The translations under genes were made by a program, and so were the position numbers. This document shows, piece after piece, positions 8,259 to 17,144 of a DNA stretch of 26,737 nucleotides. A model generated the notes under the pieces. The model ran no database searches. It saw only the letters and a program-made list of their open reading frames with translations, and was not told where the DNA came from. Origin of the DNA: Nitrospirota bacterium (GTDB taxonomy: Bacteria > Nitrospirota > UBA9217). Position 1 is the first letter of the stretch. Each line of letters opens with the position of its first letter. Where the stretch lies: contig DASPSR010000067.1 of NCBI GenBank assembly GCA_035623825.1, positions 1 through 26,737 of the forward strand. The letters run 5' to 3'.

Positions 8259-9035
8259 CTACCAGTCATCCGGTAACACAGGGCGGTCGGTACTGCGCGG
8301 GGATACGCCGCGGGTGATTTCCTCGCGAATGTACTGCCTTATGAACTCCCTGTCCTCGGGCGCGATCCGGACGAACTTGAGTCCCATGCCCGGCTCCTTA
8401 AACAGGTCGCGGCCCTGGCCATAGGAGTAAAGAACCTCGGCTTCGGCTGAAACAAGCCTGTTCCTGACGAGGATCGTTAACATGAGCCGTGTGTTAACCG
8501 CCGCAGGCTTCAGCGTGCGAATGTATATGCCATGTTCTGAAAGGACCGTTGCGCACTCGCCCGTATCGCTGCTCAGGAGCACGCCGTTCACAGTCACTGG
8601 AAGCACTGTGGTAATTCGCAGGTTCTTTCGCGGCCTGGACTCGATTGCGGACTGGATTGCAGGGTATAAATCCTCCACCTGTACCGGCTTGTCGAGGCAG
8701 GCTGCGACGCCAGCCTCGCGGAACCGCTGCGCCGTGAGCAGGTCCCCTGCATGGGTGAGGACGATGACCGGGACCTGAGAGGTCCTCGGATCGAGCTTGA
8801 GCCGCAGGAACAGGTCATAACCGCTCATGTCCGGGAGAAACTGCGCGGTGACCACAAGGATCGGCGGCGCAATTGATGTCATGTCCAAAGCCTCGGCAGC
8901 GGTCTTCGCCGTGCACACATGGTACTGGAAGCGCTGGAGCAGAAGGGAGATGTAGACCAAGTCATTGGTGTCCCCGTCCGCTACCATTATGAAGCGGTTC
9001 ATCGTTTCGTTTTTTCCCCTCGTTCTGTCAGCCAT
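8259..9035 (-). CDS. REC-PilZ protein, paralog 3; Ala at the phospho-Asp position
   Basis: IMVADGD...LVVTAQFLP...VLTH...LDKP; RKNLR...VLSEHG...PGMGLKF; start is 9035 or 9002. Confidence 0.9.
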   Translation of the reverse strand: MADRTRGKNETMNRFIMVADGDTNDLVYISLLLQRFQYHVCTAKTAAEALDMTSIAPPILVVTAQFLPDMSGYDLFLRLKLDPRTSQVPVIVLTHAGDLLTAQRFREAGVAACLDKPVQVEDLYPAIQSAIESRPRKNLRITTVLPVTVNGVLLSSDTGECATVLSEHGIYIRTLKPAAVNTRLMLTILVRNRLVSAEAEVLYSYGQGRDLFKEPGMGLKFVRIAPEDREFIRQYIREEITRGVSPRSTDRPVLPDDW

Positions 9036-9225
9036 TGTCACCGTCCATGGAACTGGGACCCTGCGGGCAGATCTGATCACGCAAGGCCTATCCTGTCTTA
9101 TAGCTTACTCAAAGTCCATCGTTCAGCCACAGCATTGATGATCCGACGACACTGAATTTCAAGAACTGCGCAACCACTCGAGGAAAGATATATTCTCTGT
9201 GACCTTCGCATATGGCGACTCGCTA

Positions 9226-9963
9226 TCATTTGCCGCTCTTCGTGGTCTCTTCTCTGATGAACTGCCGGATAAAATCCTGGTCCTCGGATGCCATGCCAAT
9301 GAACTTAAGACCCATGCCCGGCTCTTTAAACGGTCCTTCGCCGTACATATGGCGGTAAAGAACCGAAGCTTTCGCAGAGACGCTCCGGTTGTTGATCTTG
9401 ATCTGCACGGTGAGCTGCTCGTTCTTCTGGTAGGGTTTGGCCATCGGCACGTACATGCCGTACTCGGACAGAATGGACGCGCATTCCCCCTCGATGCACT
9501 TAAGTGGAACATTGTTCACCGATACTGCCAGCCGCGTCTTGATGCGGATGTTTTTGCGCGGGGAGGGCTCAATGGAAGCCTGGACGGTGCGAAATAACTC
9601 CTCGGCCTGGACCGGCTTCGAGATGCAGCCGTCGGCTCCCTCTTCGAGGCACCGCTTCACTGTTGCTTCGTTTCCGTCGGGGATCAGGAAGACAACGGGG
9701 ACGGATGAGGTGCGCGGGTCCTGCTTCAGCAGGTGTAAGAGGTCCGTCCCGCTCATGCCTGGAAGGGATAAGTCTGCAATGACGAGAGCCGGTACTGCCA
9801 CGGCGACCATCTCGAGGGCCTGAGCTGTCGTGTTTGCGGACCAGACCTGGTAGTCGAAACGCTGGAGCAGCAACGACATGGAAAGCAACTCCTGTGCTTT
9901 GCTATCCACAACCAGGATATAGCGTTTCGTGCCGCTCTGCCCCTCGAATTGCTTGTCGAGCAT
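9226..9963 (-). CDS. REC-PilZ protein, paralog 2; phospho-Asp retained
   Basis: SD AAAGGAG before ATG 9963; ILVVDSK...LVIADLSLP...VFLIP...ISKP; RKNIR...ILSEYG...PGMGLKF. Confidence 0.9.
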   Translation of the reverse strand: MLDKQFEGQSGTKRYILVVDSKAQELLSMSLLLQRFDYQVWSANTTAQALEMVAVAVPALVIADLSLPGMSGTDLLHLLKQDPRTSSVPVVFLIPDGNEATVKRCLEEGADGCISKPVQAEELFRTVQASIEPSPRKNIRIKTRLAVSVNNVPLKCIEGECASILSEYGMYVPMAKPYQKNEQLTVQIKINNRSVSAKASVLYRHMYGEGPFKEPGMGLKFIGMASEDQDFIRQFIREETTKSGK

Positions 9964-10018
9964 GCTCTCTCCTTTGTTTATTGACCGCAAAGGTGTGCTG
10001 TGAGCCCTGAGCATAGAT

Positions 10019-10774
10019 TCAATCCGGATTGATGCCTTTTGTTACCTCTTCCCTGATGAACTGACCGATAAAATCCCGATCCTCGTTCGCAATGCTGGTG
10101 AATTTGAGACCCATTCCCGGCTCCTGGAACGGGCCCTCGCCGAACCGGTGGCTGTGCAGGACCATGGCCTCTATCGCAATGATCCGTGTTTTGATGACGA
10201 TCTTCAGGGAAAGCTTCGAGTTCATGGGGGAAGGCTTTAACGTACGTACATACATGCCGTGCTGCGAGAGCACGGTCGCGCACTCGCCTTCCCCGCCGCA
10301 ATCAAGCGGTTTGTTGTTCGCCATCACAGGCAGCCGTGTGTAGATCCGGATATGTTCTCGCGGCGTGTTCTCCATCGTTAATTGTACAACACGATACAAC
10401 TCCTCGGCCTGGACCGGCTTCCGGATGAGCACGGCGCCTCCCTCCTGGCATTTTCGCTCAACCTCCGGCGAGGGGTCCGCTGCCTTGATTACAACGGGCA
10501 CCCGGGATGTCCTTGGGTTCTCCTTAAGTTGCCGGAGAAGAACGAGTCCGCTCCTGTCTGTAAGGGAGAGATCGCAGATGATGAGGCCGGGCAGAGCAAC
10601 AGACCCCATCTCTATCGCCTCATCGGCGTTCCTCGCAGTGCAGATGTTATATTCGAAGCGCTGGAGCAGCATGGCGGTGGAATACAGCTCATTTGCATCA
10701 CTGTCCACAACCAGCAGATAACGGTGGTGTCGCTCGGACGTTCCACCAAAGGCTCCGGCTATGCATTCAGCCAT
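10019..10774 (-). CDS. REC-PilZ protein, paralog 1; phospho-Asp retained
   Basis: SD GAGGT; LLVVDSD...LIICDLSL...VIKAA...IRKP; REHIR...VLSQHG...PGMGLKF. Confidence 0.9.
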   Translation of the reverse strand: MAECIAGAFGGTSERHHRYLLVVDSDANELYSTAMLLQRFEYNICTARNADEAIEMGSVALPGLIICDLSLTDRSGLVLLRQLKENPRTSRVPVVIKAADPSPEVERKCQEGGAVLIRKPVQAEELYRVVQLTMENTPREHIRIYTRLPVMANNKPLDCGGEGECATVLSQHGMYVRTLKPSPMNSKLSLKIVIKTRIIAIEAMVLHSHRFGEGPFQEPGMGLKFTSIANEDRDFIGQFIREEVTKGINPD

Positions 10775-11094
10775 ATACCTCTACCTCGTGAAACGACAGA
10801 TGAGGCACCCAAGTTGCCCCGACTTCGTACGAGTCTTCAAGAGTGAAGTGCCCGGTATTAGATGGGCCCTCAATTATCATGCGTATAAGCTTCTCCCTCA
10901 TGCAAAGGTACTACAACTTGGTCCAAAAGGCAAGCGGATTTCGGAACATTGTCAACCCCAAGCTGAAATAAAGCTTGTTGCGTGGTGATCATAAGTCGTA
11001 AAGGACAAAGGTTTGAAAACCTTCGGCAGTGGGGGAAATAAGCCGTATTTGACCCTTTGGAGGCCATGTCATCCCACACTGTCCGAACAAATCC

Positions 11095-11123
11095 TTGACA
11101 ATAGGGTGTTAATATCCGATAAT
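11095..11123 (+). promoter_or_regulatory. Sigma-70 promoter of accA
   Basis: TTGACA-N17-GATAAT. Confidence 0.65.
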
Positions 11124-11224
11124 ATCGTCTGTTCTCTATACTGAGGACAGGTAGTCCTATCGATGCCGGAGCATGACAAAGAAGAAGTGCATTCTGCATC
11201 TTCATCAGCATAGAGGAGTACGAT

Positions 11225-12184
11225 TTGCCGCCGGAATACCTGGATTTTGAAAAACCGATCGCTGATTTGGAGAAGAAGATTGAGGAACTCACCCTCTTCA
11301 CCTCCAGTGGAAGCATTGACCTCGAGGAAGAAATTCTCAAACTGCATAAGAAGGCCGACCATCTGCGTGCCGAGATCTATTCGAAGCTCAACCCCTGGCA
11401 GAAGGCACTAATATCGCGCCATCCAAACCGTCCCTATACCCTGGAATATATAGAAGCCATGTTCACGAATTTCATGGAGATTCACGGCGACCGCAGTTTC
11501 GCCGATGACCCCGCCATCGTCTGCGGCATAGCCAAGCTCGACGGCGTGCCCATCGTTGTCATCGGCCATCAGAAAGGGAGGACCACCAAAGAGAAGATCC
11601 AGCGCAACTTCGGGATGCCAAACCCCGAAGGGTACCGGAAGGCGCTTCGCATAATGCGTTTCGCCGAAAAATTCAGTAAACCGCTCATCACCTTCATCGA
11701 CACTCCGGGTGCCTACCCGGGAATCGGCGCGGAAGAACGCGGGCAGGGCGAGTCGATCGCTCAGAATCTGTACGTGATGTCTGGCCTTAAGGTCCCCATC
11801 GTGACCGTGGTCATCGGCGAGGGTGGAAGCGGCGGAGCGCTTGCGCTCGGCATCGCCGACCGCGTCCTGATGCTCGAACACTCGATCTACTCCGTAATCT
11901 CCCCCGAGGGGTGCGCGGCAATCCTCTGGAACAACGGCTCAAAGGCAAATGAAGCTGCCGATCTGCTCAAAATGACTGCGCAAGACCTATTCCAGATGAA
12001 AGTGATCGATGAGGTGGTGGAAGAACCGATCGGTGGGGCGCACCGCGACCCGCGCAGAGCCGCCGAACTGCTCAAGGAAGCCGTAACGAGGAACCTCATG
12101 GAGATAAAAAACGTGCCACCGGGAGAGCTCGTCAGGCTGCGGTATGAAAAATTCAGAACGCTCGGGATATTCGACCAGATATGA
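11225..12184 (+). CDS. accA: Acetyl-CoA carboxylase carboxyltransferase alpha subunit
   Basis: YLDFEKPI, RNFGMPNPEGYRKALR, IDTPGAYPGIGAEERGQ, GEGGSGGALA; TTG start with SD GAGGAG. Confidence 0.98.
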   Translation: MPPEYLDFEKPIADLEKKIEELTLFTSSGSIDLEEEILKLHKKADHLRAEIYSKLNPWQKALISRHPNRPYTLEYIEAMFTNFMEIHGDRSFADDPAIVCGIAKLDGVPIVVIGHQKGRTTKEKIQRNFGMPNPEGYRKALRIMRFAEKFSKPLITFIDTPGAYPGIGAEERGQGESIAQNLYVMSGLKVPIVTVVIGEGGSGGALALGIADRVLMLEHSIYSVISPEGCAAILWNNGSKANEAADLLKMTAQDLFQMKVIDEVVEEPIGGAHRDPRRAAELLKEAVTRNLMEIKNVPPGELVRLRYEKFRTLGIFDQI

Positions 12185-12189
12185 ACCCG

Positions 12190-12543
12190 CTATGAGATAT
12201 CCTGATTCAGCAGCTCGACCGCCTTGCTGAGCTCTGCCATGGCATCCGGAAGACTGGAATAAGCGGACAAAAAGAGCAGGAGACAGTACTCGCCGCTAAC
12301 CGGCACGGCCAGTTCATTCCCATCTTCAAGCGAGAACAACACTGCCCGGACCGTTCCAAGTCCCAACCTGCCGGTTATCTCCTTGATCCGGTCGAGATGA
12401 ATCTCCTTCCACGCGCCGAGCAGTTTCATGTCCTTCTTAAGATTTCCCGCCTGTGAAATCGACTCTCCATCGTCATCCAGAAAGATCGCTGCTTGCGCGC
12501 CGTTCACCGATGTTACCAGGTTGTTCAAGATCGCATCGATCAC
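12190..12543 (-). CDS. Roadblock/LC7 (MglB-like) domain protein
   Basis: GTG start after GGAGGAAGAG; ILNNLVTSVNGAQAAIFLDDDGE...YCLLLFL fits the roadblock pattern; the longer track ORF extends into dgkA. Confidence 0.8.
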   Translation of the reverse strand: MIDAILNNLVTSVNGAQAAIFLDDDGESISQAGNLKKDMKLLGAWKEIHLDRIKEITGRLGLGTVRAVLFSLEDGNELAVPVSGEYCLLLFLSAYSSLPDAMAELSKAVELLNQDIS

Positions 12544-12566
12544 CTCTTCCTCCGCGACTCGTTCCC

Positions 12567-13271
12567 CTACGAGGTGAACAGCCAAAAAAATAAGGCCGTC
12601 AGGCCTGCGCCGAGTGCCGCACCCCATACGACCTCGATGGGGCGGTGGATTCCGCTCGACCACCTGCTCCAGCTTACGATGACCGCAACAAGAAGGGTCA
12701 CGGCACCAACGATCGTCGATTTCGTCAGGTTCATGGATGCTGCCCAGATGGAGAACGATACCGCCGCATGGCCGCTCGGCATGCCGCCCCTGAGCGGTTC
12801 TCCCTTGCCGAGAAGAGCCTTGATGATAATCACGATGATGATGACGGACGCAAGCGACACGAAGGCCACCACGTCGCTCTGGGCTTTTCTGAGATGCCAG
12901 ATCCCTGTGAGAACACATGTCCGGAACGCAGGGTAAAGGATAAGGTACGCCAGCGTCAGCGCTCCGAGCGATGCGACCAGCACGACGCCTGCCGCGATGT
13001 CCTTCGCGATCTTAGCGAGCGGGTGATACTCAACGGAGATCATGTCCACGGTGACCTCGATCGCGGTGTTCAGCATCTCCGTTACGAGCACGAGCACGAT
13101 GGCCATGGTGAGCAGGATAAAATCTGTCCTCGTGATGTTCAGAACGAGGCTGAGAACGAGCGTCATCAGCGCGGCAACCAGGTGATAGCGCATGTGCCGC
13201 TGGGTCTTGACAGAGTAGATGACCCCTTCGATCGCCAGGTTAGCCCTTTCGGTCCACGATTTCGGTTTCAT
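12567..13271 (-). CDS. dgkA: DgkA-type diacylglycerol/undecaprenol kinase fused to a PAP2-like domain
   Basis: EMLNTAIEVTVD and AKIAKDIAAG (prokaryotic DAGK); GMPSGH and SRWSSGIHRPIEV (PAP2 motifs C2/C3). Confidence 0.92.
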   Translation of the reverse strand: MKPKSWTERANLAIEGVIYSVKTQRHMRYHLVAALMTLVLSLVLNITRTDFILLTMAIVLVLVTEMLNTAIEVTVDMISVEYHPLAKIAKDIAAGVVLVASLGALTLAYLILYPAFRTCVLTGIWHLRKAQSDVVAFVSLASVIIIVIIIKALLGKGEPLRGGMPSGHAAVSFSIWAASMNLTKSTIVGAVTLLVAVIVSWSRWSSGIHRPIEVVWGAALGAGLTALFFWLFTS

Positions 13272-13705
13272 CGGGAAAGGCCTTTCAGGAGCTGCCGCTC
13301 CTTCCGCTGCATTCTGAGGGCCTCGTGCGATCCCCGCTCGTGGTCATACCCGAGCAGGTGAAGAAGGCCATGGACCAGAAGACGTTCGATCTCGCAGCTG
13401 AGCGGATGCCCCGCTTCCATTGCCCGCCGGGAGGCAGCTGGCACAGAAATCACTATGTCGCCGAGAACGGTGGGCTGGATGTCGGGAAACATCCCCTCTT
13501 GCAGCGCGAACGATAGCACATCCGTGGTCTTGTCCTTGCCGCAGTATCGCCGGTTCAGCGAGCGCATGGCACGGTCTCCGGTCAACAGCACGCTCACTTC
13601 GGCGTCAGGACGGCCGACGCTCCGCAACAACTTCCGGAGTTTTGTTCTGAGCGAAGCCGTTGCCGGCCTTCGGTTCTTCAGATTGTTTTTTATCCTGATG
13701 TTCAC
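13268..13705 (-). CDS. ybeY: rRNA maturation endoribonuclease YbeY
   Basis: TDVLSF, LGDIVIS, HGLLHLLGYDH; GTG start inferred. Confidence 0.93.
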   Translation of the reverse strand: MNIRIKNNLKNRRPATASLRTKLRKLLRSVGRPDAEVSVLLTGDRAMRSLNRRYCGKDKTTDVLSFALQEGMFPDIQPTVLGDIVISVPAASRRAMEAGHPLSCEIERLLVHGLLHLLGYDHERGSHEALRMQRKERQLLKGLSR

Positions 13706-15398
13706 CGCGCCTTTTTTCTCCGGAAAACTCCTTGCCGGGATAGTCGATCCGGTGGTGGAAGATTCCTGTAAGGATGAGATTGAAGCTCCGCGCAATGACG
13801 CGGAGGTCTTTGAGCGTAAGGTCGCATGTACTGAGCTGATCATCAAGGAAAATGCGCGTGATGACGCTGTTCGTCAGCGCCTGGATCCGCTGCGGGGTCG
13901 GATCTTCAAGGGTCCTCGACGCTGCTTCGACGGCATCGGCGAGCATGACGATGGCGGCGACTTTCGTCCGCGGTCTCGGGCCGGGGTAGCGGTAATCCTC
14001 TTCAGCAATCTTCACGTAAGGCTGGAGTTCCTTTGCTTTCTGGTAGAAATACGTGATCAGCGATGTGCCGTGATGCTGCTGGATGATGTCGATGACCTCC
14101 GACGGAAGACTATATGCTCGAGCGACATCCACGCCGTCCTTCACGTGCGCTGCAATAATGAGGCTGCTCATGGACGGCGTGAGGCGGTCGTGCTTGTTCT
14201 CGGCAATGCGCTGGTTCTCAATGAAATATTCCGGTTTCCGTATCTTTCCCACATCATGATAATACGCCCCAACACGGGCGAGGAGTTGGTTCTCGCCGAT
14301 GGACTCGGCCGCAGCCTCGGCAAGGTTACCGATCACGATGCTGTGGTGATACGTCCCTGGGCTCTTGTAGACAAGCTCCTTGATCAGCGCCTGGTTCGGA
14401 TCAAGGAGTTCGAGAAGCTTGATGTCCGTGGCTATGTCGAAAAGCGTTTCAAAAAACGGCAGTGTCACCGAGACGATGATGGACACTATGACTGCGCCGA
14501 GGAATCCAGCGGTCAGATCGTAGGTGCCGCGAACCAGAAATTCCCCCCTGTAGAGGTCGATGCCGGTTATAGCGATGAGATTGACAATGCCCGTGAAGGC
14601 CCCGGCCTTAAGCACCGCAGTTCTCCTCTTTGAATGGAACACGGAAAGCGCCGACGCGATGCTGCCCAGGAAATAGTAGAGCGGCATGAAGGGGTCGCCC
14701 TGGAACACGATTCCAAACAGGATGCTCACGATGAAGGAGAAACCGAGGGCCATATGAAAATCGAGAAGGAGGCTCGTGAGCATGGCACCCGCGGCAACGG
14801 GGAGAGCAAACCCCACTGTTGCCGCATCCAACTGTATCTTGTCCGAAAGGAGCGACACGACATATTTCGAGAATAGCGATATGACGACGGTTATGAGGAG
14901 GAGGAACGCGAGCAGGAACATCTTCCTCGTATCGGTGAGCAGCGACGGACGATAGCGCTTGATGTCGCGATAGAACAGATAGAATAAAGACAGGATGAGC
15001 AGACAAAGCCCGAAATAAGCGTAGAGCCGATTGCCGACGCCTTCGCGGCGGGCCAGCTCTTCCATAATCCGTGCGGCCCGCTCCGTGACCCGTCGCCCGG
15101 CCTCAACGATGACCTCGCCCTTCGTCACCTTGTAGGAAAGAATGGTCTCGTCCGGCCCCGTGTATTCGATATACAACGTATAGGGGGCTGTGATGGTCCT
15201 CGTTGCCACGTCTCCCCTATCCAGAAGAGGTGTCCGCGGCAGAATCACGAATGCGAGGAGTAAGGTCGTGATGAGCGCGAGCCCGATGTTCCTGAGCCTG
15301 ATCGTACGCGTAACCTCCTCCAGCGACTCTTCCTTGTCCGGATCGGGGACCTGGAGTTTGGGAAGGAGCTTCACGACGGTTTCATGTTTGCTGTTCAT
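13605..15398 (-). CDS. 7TM-HD (HDIG) phosphohydrolase, PgpH/YqfF-like cyclic-dinucleotide phosphodiesterase
   Basis: Multi-TM region followed by PGTYHHS, YYHDVGK, YFIENQ, QHHGT, MLADAVEAASR; lies between phoH and ybeY. Confidence 0.92.
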   Translation of the reverse strand: MNSKHETVVKLLPKLQVPDPDKEESLEEVTRTIRLRNIGLALITTLLLAFVILPRTPLLDRGDVATRTITAPYTLYIEYTGPDETILSYKVTKGEVIVEAGRRVTERAARIMEELARREGVGNRLYAYFGLCLLILSLFYLFYRDIKRYRPSLLTDTRKMFLLAFLLLITVVISLFSKYVVSLLSDKIQLDAATVGFALPVAAGAMLTSLLLDFHMALGFSFIVSILFGIVFQGDPFMPLYYFLGSIASALSVFHSKRRTAVLKAGAFTGIVNLIAITGIDLYRGEFLVRGTYDLTAGFLGAVIVSIIVSVTLPFFETLFDIATDIKLLELLDPNQALIKELVYKSPGTYHHSIVIGNLAEAAAESIGENQLLARVGAYYHDVGKIRKPEYFIENQRIAENKHDRLTPSMSSLIIAAHVKDGVDVARAYSLPSEVIDIIQQHHGTSLITYFYQKAKELQPYVKIAEEDYRYPGPRPRTKVAAIVMLADAVEAASRTLEDPTPQRIQALTNSVITRIFLDDQLSTCDLTLKDLRVIARSFNLILTGIFHHRIDYPGKEFSGEKRRGEHQDKKQSEEPKAGNGFAQNKTPEVVAERRPS

Positions 15399-16356
15399 CG
15401 TTTGTCTCGTATCTCTCGTATGCCTTGATGATCTGCTGTACCAGCTTATGGCGAACCACGTCGCGGTTCGTAAAATACACGAATCGGATGCCCTCGATGC
15501 CCTCAAGGATCTTCTGGACCTCGATCAACCCAGAATTTCTGCCGCTTGGAAGATCGATCTGGGTCACATCGCCCGTCACCACTGTCTTGGAGTTGAATCC
15601 CAAACGCGTCAGGAACATCTTCATCTGTTCCGTGGTCGTGTTCTGCGCTTCGTCGAGTATTATGAACGAGTCGTTCAAGGTCCGTCCGCGCATGAAGGCA
15701 AGAGGCGCGATCTCTATATCCCCGCGCTCCACGAGCTTGTTCGCCTTTTCCGTTTCGATCATGTCATAAAGGGCGTCATAGAGCGGCCGCAGGTAGGGAT
15801 GGACCTTTTCGTACAGATCGCCGGGCAGGAAGCCGAGTTTTTCGCCCGCCTCTACTGCGGGCCGCACAAGGATGATCCTGCTTACTTCTCGCCTGAGGAG
15901 CGCGGAAACCGCCGTTGCCATGGCGAGATAGGTCTTGCCTGTCCCGGCGGGCCCTATGCCGAAGACGATATCATGCTGTTTTATCGCCTCGATGTACCTG
16001 CGTTGTGTCTCATTTTTCGGTGCAACAGGCCGTTTCCTGCTTGATACCGGGATCGCTTTCTGAAAAATGTCTTTCAAGGAGGACGATGGATCAGAAGCGT
16101 ATGCATGAATGGCGGAGTTCACATCATCCTTATGGCTGATGGTGCCTTGCTCCAGCATGGCGGCTAACTCTTTGATGAGATGTTCTACCTTTGCAACGGA
16201 CTTTTCCTCACCCTCGATCTGGATCTTGTTCCCACGCGCATGCAGAATAACGCCGTACGTGTTCTCGATAAGCCTAAGGTTCTTGTCCATATCTCCGAAG
16301 AGATTCGGCAGGGAAAGTTCGTTTTCTATGGTCAAACTTACGGCGGCAGTCTTCAT
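15382..16356 (-). CDS. phoH: PhoH-family ATPase
   Basis: GPAGTGKT, RPAVEAGEKLGFLPGD, AFMRGRT, DEAQN, GDVTQIDLP, DVVRH. Confidence 0.97.
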   Translation of the reverse strand: MKTAAVSLTIENELSLPNLFGDMDKNLRLIENTYGVILHARGNKIQIEGEEKSVAKVEHLIKELAAMLEQGTISHKDDVNSAIHAYASDPSSSLKDIFQKAIPVSSRKRPVAPKNETQRRYIEAIKQHDIVFGIGPAGTGKTYLAMATAVSALLRREVSRIILVRPAVEAGEKLGFLPGDLYEKVHPYLRPLYDALYDMIETEKANKLVERGDIEIAPLAFMRGRTLNDSFIILDEAQNTTTEQMKMFLTRLGFNSKTVVTGDVTQIDLPSGRNSGLIEVQKILEGIEGIRFVYFTNRDVVRHKLVQQIIKAYERYETNDEQQT

Positions 16357-16452
16357 TGCAGAGGGATACAGGCGTCACCCCGCTCCTATACGTAGGACAT
16401 TATAATAGCATTGTTACTTCTGAAAGTCAATTTCCGTTTTCGGCAGTTTTCG

Positions 16453-16986
16453 TTAGAAGTCTATTCCCTCACGTGCAGGTATCCCGCTTTCATAGGGATG
16501 CTTTATGGAGCGCATCTCGGTGACCATGTCCGCCACAGCGACCACATCGGGGTGTGCATCCCGGCCGGTGAGAATAAGATGTATCTTCGGCGGTTTGCTC
16601 CGGATCAGGTCTAGGATGTCGGCGGTGTCGATAAGTCTGAGCGCCGCCGCCGTGTTTATCTCATCGAGGATCAGGACATCCCAAGCCCCGGAAAGCATAC
16701 GTTGGCGAGCAAGTTCCAGCGCCTTCGCGGCCGTTTTCTTGTGCTCGTCCATCGGTGTTGTGTCACCACAACAGCTTACGAATCCTCTGCCAAGCGAAAC
16801 AAATTCGAGCTCGGGCGCAAGCCGTTCCGCTGCCCTTGCTTCCCCGGTCCCAGCGGCTTTCTTGACGAACTGTACCACGGAAACATACATCCGATGCCCG
16901 ATTGCCCGTAGCGCAATCCCCAAGGCAGCGCTCGTTTTCCCCTTCCCGTCTCCAGTAAAAATTATAACCAATCCGTTTTTCAGCAC
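16453..16986 (-). CDS. btuR: Cob(I)yrinic acid a,c-diamide adenosyltransferase (CobA/CobO/BtuR)
   Basis: TGDGKGKTSAALG, VQFVK, LILDEI, LTGR, KHPY...GIDF; start approximate (GTG after AAGGAG). Confidence 0.93.
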   Translation of the reverse strand: MLKNGLVIIFTGDGKGKTSAALGIALRAIGHRMYVSVVQFVKKAAGTGEARAAERLAPELEFVSLGRGFVSCCGDTTPMDEHKKTAAKALELARQRMLSGAWDVLILDEINTAAALRLIDTADILDLIRSKPPKIHLILTGRDAHPDVVAVADMVTEMRSIKHPYESGIPAREGIDF

Positions 16987-17071
16987 TAGCTCCTTATGGA
17001 ATATTGGCTGGATGGACAGAATGCTCGTAAGATGCCATTGCCCTGCCCATCCGTGTCCTCGCCATCCTGTC

Positions 17072-17132
17072 AAAAAATGAACCCCTCTTAAGCAAGCTGC
17101 GGGGGAAAAAAGGCTTCCCCGGATAAGAGGGG
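17072..17132 (-). terminator. Probable terminator after the SOD gene
   Basis: CCCCTCTTA (17082-90) / TAAGAGGGG (17124-32) enclosing GGGGAA/TTCCCC; minus-strand tail TTCATTTTTT. Confidence 0.5.
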
Positions 17133-17144
17133 CAATTCACTCAG

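Noticed and set aside
12544-12918. N-terminal extension of the roadblock ORF
   Set aside because: Overlaps dgkA; SD plus GTG at 12543 is the better start
13455-16044. Long plus-strand ORFs (392 aa, 284 aa)
   Set aside because: Antisense shadows of the GC-rich HD and phoH genes; no motifs
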